This document shows positions 19,189 through 30,899 of a stretch of 64,000 nucleotides of DNA, piece by piece. The number at the start of each line of letters is the position of its first letter. Positions within the stretch are counted from its first letter, which is position 1. Location: NCBI GenBank assembly GCA_950097015.1, contig CATNEN010000010.1:372001-436000 (forward strand), given 5' to 3'. This stretch comes from Macrostomum hystrix. Lineage: Eukaryota; Animalia; Platyhelminthes. The notes below the pieces were generated by a model. That model saw nothing but the letters and a program-made list of their open reading frames with translations. It was not told where the DNA came from and searched no databases. The position numbers and the translations under genes are program-made.

Positions 19189-20316
19189 TCAGCCTTCCTC
19201 CCCTAAGACAGCCCCGTCGCCAGCTTCGTCATTCTCGTCGCCGCTGCTGTCGCGGTCCAGCTGCAGCATGGCAGGCAGGGAGCCACGCCTGCTGGGGTCG
19301 TGGTCGTCAGGAGGCAGCATGCTCATCCTGCGCATGTGGCTGACGGTCTGCTGCATCGCCAGCCGACTCTGCTCGCGGCGAGCCGCCTCCGCCTGCGCGA
19401 TCTTCTTCGGATCCTTCTCGTGCGCCTCCACCATCTGCTGTAGCTCGCGGCGAAGCGCCGACTTGGAAACGGCCAAGCGAACGCGCGCCGACTCGCGCTG
19501 AGCTCCGAGTGCCGGCGGCGCATCGTACCGGAGCTGCCGCTTCCACTGAGGCATGGATGACAGCGGCATTCCAGCAGCAGCCGATGCCGCCGATTGCGCC
19601 TGACCGCCGTCCGGCGCGTCCTCGTTTGATTTTGAATCGGCGCTGAAAGTGACGCCTCGACGCTGATACTGTGCCGGTGGTTGCTGCTGCTGCTGTTGCC
19701 GCTGCTGCGGAGTCTGAGCAGCTGCTGAGGAAGTTCGCTTCTCCTTAGCCTCGGCTAGCGGCGGCAGCGGGCCCGAAGTTGCGGCTGCGGTGACAGGCCG
19801 TTGCAGTCGCTTCTGTTGTGGCTGCTTGTTCCGGCCGGCCGACTCGGAGCCCAGCGCCAGCGGCTGCTGCGGCAGACTTTCAATCTGCGAGCTCTCCGCA
19901 ATGACACCCAGGTCGATGAGCAGCCGCACCAACGCCGCCTGCTGCTCCTCCCGCTTGCGCACCTCCAGGTCCGACAGTCGCAAGTCCCGCTCTAGCAGCG
20001 CCTCCTGAACACGCCACTTTCCCATTGCACGTTCGCTCACGCGCTTGCTCGATGTAAAGTACGGGCTCTCCTTCAGCGCGCGGTCGGCGGGCAGCGGCGG
20101 CACGCTGAGCGGACTGTACCCGGTGGTGCGGCGCACTGACTCCATCTGCCTCACAATGGTCTTCCGCTCCAGGTAGCTGAGGTGGACCAGGTGGCCACAC
20201 TCCTTGTCCATGAGGCGAAGGCGCAGCTGCAGGCGCCAGGTCTCCAGGCGGTTGGCCTTCTCGGCCTTTAGCTCGCGGAAGCTCTTGAGCTTGGCTTGAA
20301 TCATCTCGCCCGACAT
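19189..20316 (-). CDS. Uncharacterised charged/coiled-coil protein with Q/A-rich linkers (375 aa)
   Basis: Long ORF with strong GC3 bias (CTG, CAG, GAG codons) between AT-rich flanks. No family recognised. Confidence 0.7.
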   Translation of the reverse strand: MSGEMIQAKLKSFRELKAEKANRLETWRLQLRLRLMDKECGHLVHLSYLERKTIVRQMESVRRTTGYSPLSVPPLPADRALKESPYFTSSKRVSERAMGKWRVQEALLERDLRLSDLEVRKREEQQAALVRLLIDLGVIAESSQIESLPQQPLALGSESAGRNKQPQQKRLQRPVTAAATSGPLPPLAEAKEKRTSSAAAQTPQQRQQQQQQPPAQYQRRGVTFSADSKSNEDAPDGGQAQSAASAAAGMPLSSMPQWKRQLRYDAPPALGAQRESARVRLAVSKSALRRELQQMVEAHEKDPKKIAQAEAARREQSRLAMQQTVSHMRRMSMLPPDDHDPSRRGSLPAMLQLDRDSSGDENDEAGDGAVLGEEG

Positions 20317-23001
20317 GGCTCACAACGCTTTGAAAATGCCAGCCTCTCCCTACTTCACTGGCTCACTCATTTTTTTATAGTCCGATTCAGCAGGCCAGGC
20401 ATTGCTCTATCTCTACGGCCGGTGGCCGCGGCTCAAGTCACTCTGCAAACGGCAAACGGCTGTTTGCGCTGCAACTGCCTCTCCCGCCACTTGCCCACCC
20501 CCTGAATAAATTTGCCGCGAGTCAACATGCATTCCCAGCTGGAAGGTACTTTCTCAGCCGGAATCGGCGCCAAAGCAGAAGCTCACCTGACTGCATCGAG
20601 CAGAGCTGCCGTAGGAGTCGGTAGTGTGCTCACCAGCTGCTGCTCAAGACTGTTGCCGTGCCTCTGCCATGCTGAACTTCAGCTCAGGTGAAGTAGTTCC
20701 TTTTTAGCAGGCTCATCAGGTGCCTCGCCCACTGCCACGCCCTGGGGTGAAGGGAAATCCGATCAGAGAGCGGCTTATCAGCTTTTAGTCAGGACTCAAT
20801 TCTGAGTATTCCATTTCATTTTCTGATCTGCAAATCTTTGCCCAGCGATAATGGCACGCACTCTGCTGCGTTGGTGGAATTGACGTTTAGAATTGACATG
20901 CCGACTAAGCCATCTTGAACCATTACCTAAAATATGCTCAATGGGGAGGCTGTCTATGTCGAGGAAATACGCTCGTAGGGAGTGGCATTTACTTGCTGGC
21001 CTAGTTGCTGGCCGCCTTTTAGAGAGAAATTATCATGATAGCTGTGACGAGCCGTGGAGCGAACGCGGCATTGTACGAGCTACTTGAAGTAGGCGGTATA
21101 GTAACACTCGTAACACTAAGGGGTTATGCCCCAATTGACAGTAAAATAAATTATGCTACGAGTACAAATTTTGGCCTCATTATAATTATTTTTTTATTAG
21201 CATTAGATTATTACGCATACGCATAACTTAACGCAATACATAATATACACAATACACACACAATACACAATACGATTACGCATAGCATTGGGGAGAACAG
21301 CGACCAATCAGGATGGAGGAAAGGATAGAGAATAAGAGATCAGCGAGCAGAGATGATGAAGAAATGATGATGATGAAAATAAATTTCTTTGCAACGACAA
21401 TCTTATGCATGTGTGTTTATATACGCAAGGAGTACATGCCGATGGATGCTCCCAAGTACGTTACGCTTGACTAAAACTTTGCTGAGCGACCAACATGCTC
21501 AGAACTAATTGCTTTAACTGTTTAGACTTAGACTGTTGGATGCAACCCAACCTGACTCCTGACACCTTATTTTGGTAATTATAACGCAAATCCTTCAGAT
21601 GATTGACCGGCGCCTGCGACGAAACAGCATAAGCCCCGGCAAACCCTAAATAAATCCATCTTGACTTATAGCTGCAGGGCGCACTGGCCGAGTGGATGCA
21701 GCTGAGGAGCCGCCCATTTCGCTATCCCCTGGCAACCAGACGACCTCTAGCGAGGTAACCTAACCGTCCTATGCAGACTTTCTTTATTTAATTACAAAAT
21801 AAATTTATTGGCAGAAGGGAAAAACTAAATTAATCGTAGAAGTACAATAGGATGCCAAGTGTGATTCGATCCATGCGTCACGTAAATGATGGGGGCTCTG
21901 CGAAAATTCGATTCAGAATAAGTCTTCATGTGGAGTTTATACAAATTGTTTCTAAACTCCTATTGCATTATTCGTGCACCCTGGTGGCTTAGAGGGTGAA
22001 ACACGTTTGACTTCAAGACGTTTTTTGAGCGAAAGTAAACAAGACTAACAAAGCTAACGAGAACAATATATTTTAAAGAAAATTGAACAAAAATAGTAAT
22101 AACTAATGCATTTAATAGTAAGTATAAAATATTTTTTAAGAACTAACTCTTCTGTGTGCGCATTTTGATTTAGAAAAATGAGGTACCGTGAAGTTTTAAC
22201 TTGGTACCTTGATATTTTCGATTTCGATCATTTTCAATCAAAAGGATATGGTGTTATTTTAAGTCAATACAAATACACAGATACAGAGCTTTGTTTTTTA
22301 AAACTTCCTAGAACACATAATGTCATGACTCAAATTCATTGGTCTCTAGCTTTTTTACTTAGCTTTTTGTTACTTTTTCACTGTATCATTATATTATCTG
22401 TCGGTATATATATAATATAAATGATATAATTAAAAAATATTATATAAAAATATGATAAAAACATATAGCATGTGCTTTCTATTTTGCAGTTATTATCTAT
22501 CATTTTATTGACTTAAAACAGTCTGTCAATTTACTTATAACATGATATATAATGTGTTACAAATAAGCTTATGCTACAAATGCTGGTGCTACAGAAGCCA
22601 GAAAATAAAAATAAATCAACGAAACATTTAAATGCAGGATAATGAATTCAGTCGGAAATTTTTAGGCTTAGTTCTAATAATATTTGAACTTTAGGGAGAA
22701 ACATATCCTTTAAAATTTAATCACTTAACAAAAATATGCAGGCAACAAGTTTTAGACACCTCTATACAAATTATTGTTCCATTTACTTTAATGACAGGTT
22801 TATGAACTTTCTCTTTCTATTAGTTGAATACCCAGTAGCAATGATTTCAAGATCACTTGAATTATACTAATATATAGTTTAAGTAGTTATAACCAAATAA
22901 TTTATGAGTGAATTCATTGTGTTTATTGCAAATTCAATCCAAAAGGTTCCTGCTCACAAAATTAATGTGAACTCAGCCTCAATCTATTGCAGCTTCATGC
23001 C

Positions 23002-23924
23002 ATGGGCCAGCAATCACCAGCCGATCTAGCCAGCCGGCTGCAGGAGGCTATCTGCAATGGCGACTCGGCTGGAGCCAAGCAGGTGGTTGGGCAGCTCTGC
23101 CGCCAGGGCGGCGCCATCCGTGTGTTCCCGCAGTCCGGGGAAGGCCTCCTTGTGAAGGTGTTCTTCCACGACAAGGATAGCGATCTGGAGAAGCCCCGCC
23201 TGTTCAAATTCAGCACAGCCAGCACCGTGGCGGAGCTGAAGATGCGCGTGGCCGCCGAGCTGGAGATTCCGCGCCAGTCGCAGTGCTGCATCGCCTGCGG
23301 CCGAATTCCAACGGACGACACGCCACTTGGCGAGCTTGAGCAGCAGCATGAGGTGGTCGTCCATCTCTACCTGCTCACCAAGGACATCTTCCGCTATCGA
23401 TGGGATCGTGAGAGACTTCCACAGGCTGCAGCCGATGCCGCCACCGCCGTGACCGCTTCTGCTGCTGCTGCCGCCGCCGCCGCTGCCGCTCAGAAAGTTT
23501 GGGCCGAGCCGCGTCCTCAGAAGCAGCCGCTGAGGCCGCAGCCTCTGCCGAAGCAGCAGCCAGAGGCACCGAAAGTGCAGGAGGTGCGTCAATGCGAGCT
23601 AGAATGTCTGCAATTTCCTACACCTGAGGAATTATTCCATTCTATGCAAGTCACAGAAGGCAGTGTCGGTGTCAATTTTAACAACCGCATGAGAGTTTAT
23701 TTTATATAGGTTTTTCAAATTAGCGCGCAGAACTGAATTTTGTTAAAATCGCTCTAATTATAATTTTCGGTTGTCCCGCCCGCACACAGCCCGGCTGGCA
23801 CTGCCCGACTTGTACTTACCGGAACCGGCCGGAGCGGCCAGGCTGCGAGATTTGCACGACGGCCCGGCCAGAGGGATTTCTGAATGCCAACGAGGAGAAT
23901 GTGTATGACGAGCCGGAATACTAG
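23002..23924 (+). CDS. SHARPIN/HOIL-1(RBCK1)-like protein: LTM + ubiquitin-like + NZF zinc finger (2 exons, 238 aa)
   Basis: Exons 23002-23583 and 23790-23924 (phase 0). [25 protein letters not shown] is LTM-like. [40 protein letters not shown] is a [29 protein letters not shown] is an NZF/RanBP2 finger. Confidence 0.85.
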
Positions 23925-24593
23925 CCTGCAAAGAACTCCTTATTCACCTCTTGCCTGCATCCAATTGTATTATGAACCAGCATTGCCGATTTCACTTGAA
24001 CCAGATGTATACAAATAAATATACTTTATTAAGAATTCTGGTTTAATTCCGATCCCGCTACTTTCAGTAGTGCTGTAAATCTGATTGCGCATGTTTTAGT
24101 AAGAATTGTTTCCCTAGAGCACAATTAGCCACAGCTGAGCCAGATGGCCTGTGCTGATCGGCCGTTAGTGGCGCCGCTTGCTCAAAGTATATTCTCAACA
24201 ACTGGAGAGTTTGTGGGACCGCTGTGCGCCACAGTGAGTCCGTGCTCAAGGCCGCGGATAATGTGCGGAAATCGACTGTGGACTGAGGCAACGGCCAATG
24301 AGATTTCCTGATGTTCAAGCATCCCAGCAGGACCAACAAATCATCATTGGTTATCTATGTTTGAATACACTCAAGCTGACAAGTGGATTAGTCTAACCTG
24401 AGCTTTGCCTAGACATTGCTGGATAAGGTGTGCTTATTGTTATCAGGTCTCTTTCAGCCAATCAGCGCTTTCAGCCAATCGCAGGCAGCCAGGCCCGGCT
24501 CGGTTTCGACTCCGCTTGCGGATCTGCATTGAAATTGTCGATGCGATTGCTGACTGCCGGGACTACCCACACACCGACAGCCGATCCCAAGGG

Positions 24594-27500
24594 ATGTGCC
24601 TGAGCGTGAAGGCTGCCGACCGGACCATCCTGGCGATGTGCGTGACCGGCTTCGCGGCGGCTGTTGTGTCCATCTCGCAGCTGGCCCGCTGGCCAGTGGT
24701 GCTGCAGGAGGACCACTCCGGCGAGCGTGAGTTGCCCGCAGATGCATCGCATGCAAGCCTTGAGTAACACCCGTTGGAAACTACACCTACAGCTTATCTA
24801 TTCTGTTCAGTCTTTGGACTGGGGGAGGGATGCCTCACGGACCTTTCTGGTACTCATTTCACAGCTGATTGAACTGCAGCTGTTAACGGTCGAAGTGTCT
24901 GTAACTGTAAAACTGTAAAAATTTTGCTCAACGATGAACTATTTCCTTTGGGCTAGATTCGAACCTCAGACCTGTCGCGGTCAGGAGTCTAAGGCTCTGG
25001 CCACTGGGCCACAAGCTATACCCCACCACTCGCAGTCAGGAGTCTAGACTCTGGCCACTGGGCCACAAGCTATACCCCACCACTCGCAGTCAGGAGTCTA
25101 GGCTCTGGCCACTGGGCCACAAGCTATATCCCAAGCTATACCTCACCACTTCAGTTTCGGATAGTCATCATTGCTAGGCACACTATTTAAATCTGCAGGA
25201 TTGCGCAGGTGGCATTTCATACTGTATTCATTGAATTCGGTCAGTCAATGAGTACAGTTGGCTTGAGTAGTCTGTGAACTTTAAACCTTGTCTTGAAGCA
25301 GCGAGATATGTACCCTGTACGTAAGGAGTGCTTTTCCGGGGCCAGACTCGCTCCAGGTGAGCTGAGGCGGATGCCGTGGGCCCAGCTGCCGGTAGCGCCC
25401 GCTGAAAGCTGCGGATCTATTCGCCTCGCCCAGCCCAGGTGGACGGCAATCTGTTGGGCCGTTTCCTCATCTGCTTCGATAGCGACTCCGGGCGTCTGTG
25501 CGATAGAGAGCAGCCTCGATCCGCCTAGGACGTCTGGGGGCTGCGAATTTAATGGCTCCCCAATGTGATCACAGTTCTCAGCCTGCATAACGGCCAGAAA
25601 GAGAGACCTACGGCTTCTGCGCATGGAGCCTGCGGGAAACCAAGCATAGATGGGATGCTCTCCGGGGGGGAGCGGGGAGAAGTGTGAGGTCGCTCCGCCT
25701 TCGCAGCTACAGCGGTCGGCAGTACTCAGCCACACGCCCGAGCTATGAGATCCTTCGCGATCCAGCTTGGCGAATTTTGACTTGCAAATTCGGCAGCGCA
25801 GCGTAGATCCCATCTAATTTTAAAATGTGCGGGCCCAGTCCAACGAAGCAAATAAGTAAATTCTCTTATTTCTTTAGCGACTCGCCAGCCCCTCTGAATA
25901 CGCTAACGTGAAGCACTCGACCCGCTTTTAGCGGCTCGGCTGACTGGCCCTGGAGTCACGCGGTCGGTTGTTGAAAAGCCGGGGAGCAGCAATCGCCTAA
26001 TTAAAGGCCTATTTTCAGGCCGCCTGTTATCGCCATGGCATTCAGCTGACATCGGCAGGCTGCGGGGTGGGGCCTGCTCGCATACAGCAACCAATTTTTT
26101 GCTCCCGAGCAGTTCTCCCAGCTTCTCCCCAAAGCCATTTGGGGCGCCGGATTTGTCGTCGCTCGAAATCCCCATGCAATCCGCGGAGAGGCGACCCGAA
26201 CGGCTGCATGCGCTAAATTGCATTGCCCGCCGGCACTTCTCATCTCAGATCTCAGCGGGGCAGCGAGCAGCAATCCAATAATAATCACTTTTAGATAGCG
26301 GATCAGCCAGCCCGGCTCCGGGGGGGGCATAAGCTCGGCTGCTGAGGGTCAATGAAGCCTTGGCTAAGCCGTGCGTACTTTGACGCAGCCTTTTTCCCTC
26401 CCTCTTATTTCGCTTGCTTAGCCGACTTTGCTAAGACCAAGGCGGCCTTCATCCTGGGGCTGGCGGCCTCCGCGGCCTCCCTGGTCATCGGACTGGTGCG
26501 GCTCAGGCTGGACAGCGCACAGCACAGCAAGACTGTGCGCCTCATGTTCGTCAGCTGCCTGCTGGCTTCTTGTGAGTGCACACGTGCTTTGCTACTGCTT
26601 GTCTTAACTAATGCATGCAGAGTTAATCGGTGCGTTGGACTGGCCTTGTCTGATGTAACTGTGCGATTGTCTGATGTAACTGTGCGATTGTCTGATGTAA
26701 CTGTGCGATTGTCTGATGTAACTGTGCGATTGTCTGATGTAACTGTGCGATTGTCTGATGTAACTGTGCGATTGTCTGATGTAACTGTGCGATTGTCTGA
26801 TGTAACTGTGCGATTGTCTGATGTAACTGTGCGATTGTCTGATGTAACTGTGCGATTGTCTGATGTAACTGTGCGATTTTCTGATGTAACTGTGCGATTG
26901 TCTGATGTAACTGTGCGATTTTCTGATGTAATTGTGCGATTGTCTGATGTAACTGTGCGATTGTCTGATGTAACTGTGCGATTGTCTGATGTAACTGTGC
27001 GATTGTCTGATGTAACTGTGCGATTGTCTGATGTAACTGTGCGATTTTCTGATGTAACTGTGCGATTGTCTGATGTAACTGTGCGATTTTCTGATGTAAT
27101 TGTGCGATTGTCTGATGTAACTGTGCGATGATTGTCTTTGGAGTGGCACTGCGATTGTCTTTGGAGTGGCACTAAGTGATGGTCATTTCGGGGGAAACTG
27201 TGCGATGGTCCTTGTTGTGTCATCGTCAGGTAGTGTACGTTTACACTGTGCCTAGAGGTTGGGGCCCTCAAGGGCGTAAATTGAGACTTTAGTGGTCCTA
27301 GCAAGCCACCCATCCCTCTCTTCGCGACTGCGCCCTCAATGTAATGTGGCCTCGATGCTGAATCGAGCTCAGGGACCTTCATGCGAGAGGCAAACGCGTT
27401 GGACCGCTCTGCCACTCACCCCCGACACTGTGTGATGGTCCAGTGTAGCATCTGTGTGATGGCATCTGTCTGAGGCTCGCCCCAGCTTCCACTTGAGTAG

Positions 27501-27733
27501 AAAATTATCAGAGCTCCACCCAACCCGGACCCGCAGTCCTGTGCCTGCTAGTCGCTGTGGCGGTCTGGGGCGACTTCGTCAGCCACGGCGAAGCGAACCA
27601 GGCGCACCGGAACTCTCTGCGCTGGTCCTACTGGGTGGCCGTGGCCGCCTCCGTGCTGCAGTTCCTGGCCTTCCTGCTCTACATCATGCGCTCGGACTTC
27701 AAGCAGGAGGAGCTACAGGAAGCCAAGCCATGA
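24594..27733 (+). CDS. Small four-TM claudin/PMP22/EMP-like membrane protein (at least 3 exons, 159 aa)
   Basis: Exons 24594-24726, 26422-26571 and 27537-27733 are all phase 1 with GT-AG introns. Four hydrophobic segments; the fourth is preceded by LRWSYWVAVAASVL, as in claudin-like proteins. Confidence 0.7.
24790..25152 (-). mobile_element. tRNA-derived SINE (family A-related) with a triplicated 5' tRNA half
   Basis: The reverse strand shows an A box TGGCCCAGTGG, a CTCCTGA loop and a B box GGTTCGAATC, then CAGCTGTGAAATGAGTACC and the block shared with 5176-5206. An approximately 53-bp head unit occurs three times. Confidence 0.7.
26647..27128. repeat. Intronic minisatellite, 21-bp unit, about 23 copies
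   Basis: Unit TGTCTGATGTAACTGTGCGAT. Confidence 0.97.
27235..27423 (-). mobile_element. tRNA-derived SINE (family B)
   Basis: The reverse complement GGGTGAGTGGCAGAGCGGTCCAACGCGTTTGCCTCTCGCATGAAGGTC...GAGGCCACATT...CAATTTACGCCCTTGAGGGCC..AACCTC..GGCACAGT aligns with 49381-49555. Confidence 0.75.
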
Positions 27734-28363
27734 AGCGACAGGTGCCCTCAGCACCGCTGCAGCCTTAGAACTTCCGCCCGCGCGATGCGCCCAGTTTGAG
27801 TCGGAGCCTGAAAAGCTGAGTGTTCAGCGATGCTTTCCTTAGAACCGGTTCCTATCGAGCGAATCAGGATTAAGGATGCATCCCTAACCCCATGCAGCTC
27901 GTACTCATACCCGAATCGCAACCAGGTCCCACATTTTGCAGATAAATTTCAGTTCAATTTTGAGTAATTGATTTCGATTCCCAATTTTTTCTTGCTTTGG
28001 ACTCGCCTTTTGACATAAAAATTGCACCATTTTTTTCTTATGACATAAGCACATTTCAACAAACGAAAAATAGGATTTTGAAACCGTTATTTGTTGCTTC
28101 ATGTCCAATAGTTGCTATAATCAATCAAATTTGTAAACAAAAAGTTATCTCTAAGGGTACCAAAATTTACAACACTCTTATCTTTGACAGACTAATGGTC
28201 GCTTCAAGTCGAAGCCGAAATTACTAATTAAGGATTACTGCATCAGCATGCTGTAATATATTATTTCTGTTCGTTAATTGTAGTAAAAATATAACGCAAA
28301 GTATTGCATAATATTTGCGCCAAACGCTTTATCTGGAGCTATTCGCTTTATTGCTGGTCCACT

Positions 28364-30899
28364 GGCACAGATGCAGGTAGCTGGGTTTGAGAGTGGAACA
28401 GATGCAGGTAGTTGGGTTTGAGAGTGGAACAGATGCAGGTAGCTGGGTTTGAGAGTGGAACAGATGCAGGTAGTTGGGTTTGAGAGTGGCACAGATGCAG
28501 GTAGCTGGGTTTGAGAGTGGAACAGATGCAGGTAGTTGGGTTTGAGAGTGGAACAGATGCAGGTAGTTGGGTTTGAGAGTGGAACAGATGCAGGTAGTTG
28601 GGTTTGAGAGTGGAACAGATGCAGGTAGTTTGGTTTGAGAGTGGAACAGATGCAGGTAGCTGGGTTTGAGAGTGGAACAGATGCAGGTAGTTGGGTTTGA
28701 GAGTGGAACAGATGCAGGTAGTTGGGTTTGAGAGTGGAACAGATGCAGGTAGTTGGGTTTGAGAGTGGAACAGATGCAGGTAGCTGGGTTTGAGAGTGGA
28801 ACAGATGCAGGTAGTTGGGTTTGAGAGTGGAACAGATGCAGGTAGTTGGGTTTGAGAGTGGAACAGATGCAGGTAGCTGGGTTTGAGAGTGGAACAGATG
28901 CAGGTAGTTGGGTTTGAGAGTGGAACAGATGCAGGTAGTTGGGTTTGAGAGTGGAACAGATGCAGGTAGTTGGGTTTGAGAGTGGAACAGATGCAGGTAG
29001 CTGGGTTTGAGAGTGGAACAGATGCAGGTAGCTGGGTTTGAGAGTGGAACAGATGCAGGTAGCTGGGTTTGAGAGTGGAACAGATGCAGGTAGTTGGGTT
29101 TGAGAGTGGAACAGATGCAGGTAGTTGGGTTTGAGAGTGGAACAGATGCAGGTAGTTGGGTTTGAGAGTGGAACAGATGCAGGTAGCTGGGTTTGAGAGT
29201 GGAACAGATGCAGGTAGCTGGGTTTGAGAGTGGAACAGATGCAGGTAGCTGGGTTTGAGAGTGGAACAGATGCAGGTAGTTGGGTTTGAGAGTGGAACAG
29301 ATGCAGGTAGCTGGGTTTGAGAGTGGAACAGATGCAGGTAGCTGGGTTTGAGAGTGGAACAGATGCAGGTAGCTGGGTTTGAGAGTGGAACAGATGCAGG
29401 TAGTTGGGTTTGAGAGTGGAACAGATGCAGGTAGCTGGGTTTGAGAGTGGAACAGATGCAGGTAGCTGGGTTTGAGAGTGGAACAGATGCAGGTAGCTGG
29501 GTTTGAGAGTGGAACAGATGCAGGTAGCTGGGTTTGAGAGTGGAACAGATGCAGGTAGTTGGGTTTGAGAGTGGAACAGATGCAGGTAGCTGGGTTTGAG
29601 AGTGGAACAGATGCAGGTAGTTGGGTTTGAGAGTGGAACAGATGCAGGTAGCTGGGTTTGAGAGTGGAACAGATGCAGGTAGTTGGGTTTGAGAGTGGAA
29701 CAGATGCAGGTAGTTGGGTTTGAGAGTGGAACAGATGCAGGTAGCTGGGTTTGAGAGTGGAACAGATGCAGGTAGTTGGGTTTGAGAGTGGAACAGATGC
29801 AGGTAGCTGGGTTTGAGAGTGGAACAGATGCAGGTAGCTGGGTTTGAGAGTGGAACAGATGCAGGTAGCTGGGTTTGAGAGTGGAACAGATGCAGGTAGC
29901 TGGGTTTGAGAGTGGAACAGATGCAGGTAGTTGGGTTTGAGAGTGGAACAGATGCAGGTAGCTGGGTTTGAGAGTGGAACAGATGCAGGTAGTTGGGTTT
30001 GAGAGTGGAACAGATGCAGGTAGCTGGGTTTGAGAGTGGAACAGATGCAGGTAGTTGGGTTTGAGAGTGGAACAGATGCAGGTAGCTGGGTTTGAGAGTG
30101 GAACAGATGCAGGTAGTTGGGTTTGAGAGTGGAACAGATGCAGGTAGTTGGGTTTGAGAGTGGAACAGATGCAGGTAGCTGGGTTTGAGAGTGGAACAGA
30201 TGCAGGTAGTTGGGTTTGAGAGTGGAACAGATGCAGGTAGCTGGGTTTGAGAGTGGAACAGATGCAGGTAGCTGGGTTTGAGAGTGGAACAGATGCAGGT
30301 AGTTGGGTTTGAGAGTGGAACAGATGCAGGTAGCTGGGTTTGAGAGTGGAACAGATGCAGGTAGTTGGGTTTGAGAGTGGAACAGATGCAGGTAGCTGGG
30401 TTTGAGAGTGGAACAGATGCAGGTAGCTGGGTTTGAGAGTGGAACAGATGCAGGTAGCTGGGTTTGAGAGTGGAACAGATGCAGGTAGCTGGGTTTGAGA
30501 GTGGAACAGATGCAGGTAGTTGGGTTTGAGAGTGGAACAGATGCAGGTAGCTGGGTTTGAGAGTGGAACAAATGCAGGTAGTTGGGTTTGAGAGTGGAAC
30601 AGATGCAGGTAGCTGGGTTTGAGAGTGGAACAGATGCAGGTAGTTGGGTTTGAGAGTGGAACAGATGCAGGTAGCTGGGTTTGAGAGTGGAACAAATGCA
30701 GGTAGTTGGGTTTGAGAGTGGAACAGATGCAGGTAGCTGGGTTTGAGAGTGGAACAGATGCAGGTAGTTGGGTTTGAGAGTGGAACAGATGCAGGTAGTT
30801 GGGTTTGAGAGTGGAACAGATGCAGGTAGTTGGGTTTGAGAGTGGAACAGATGCAGGTAGCTGGGTTTGAGAGTGGAACAGATGCAGGTAGCTGAGGGT
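28364..30899. repeat. Minisatellite, 31-bp unit, about 80 copies
   Basis: Unit GGGTTTGAGAGTGGAACAGATGCAGGTAG(C/T)T; period checked at 28383 and 28414. Confidence 0.98.

Noticed and set aside
21043-21115. TGTGACGAG...CTCGTAACA as a mini solo LTR or MITE
   Set aside because: Only a 9-bp imperfect inverted match, with no target-site duplication and no second copy in the window.
24945-25024. Functional tRNA-Arg gene
   Set aside because: No convincing acceptor stem, and it continues into a SINE body.
26352-27415. 259-336-aa ORFs with LSDVTVR repeats
   Set aside because: Read-through from a real exon (26422-26571) into the 21-bp array.
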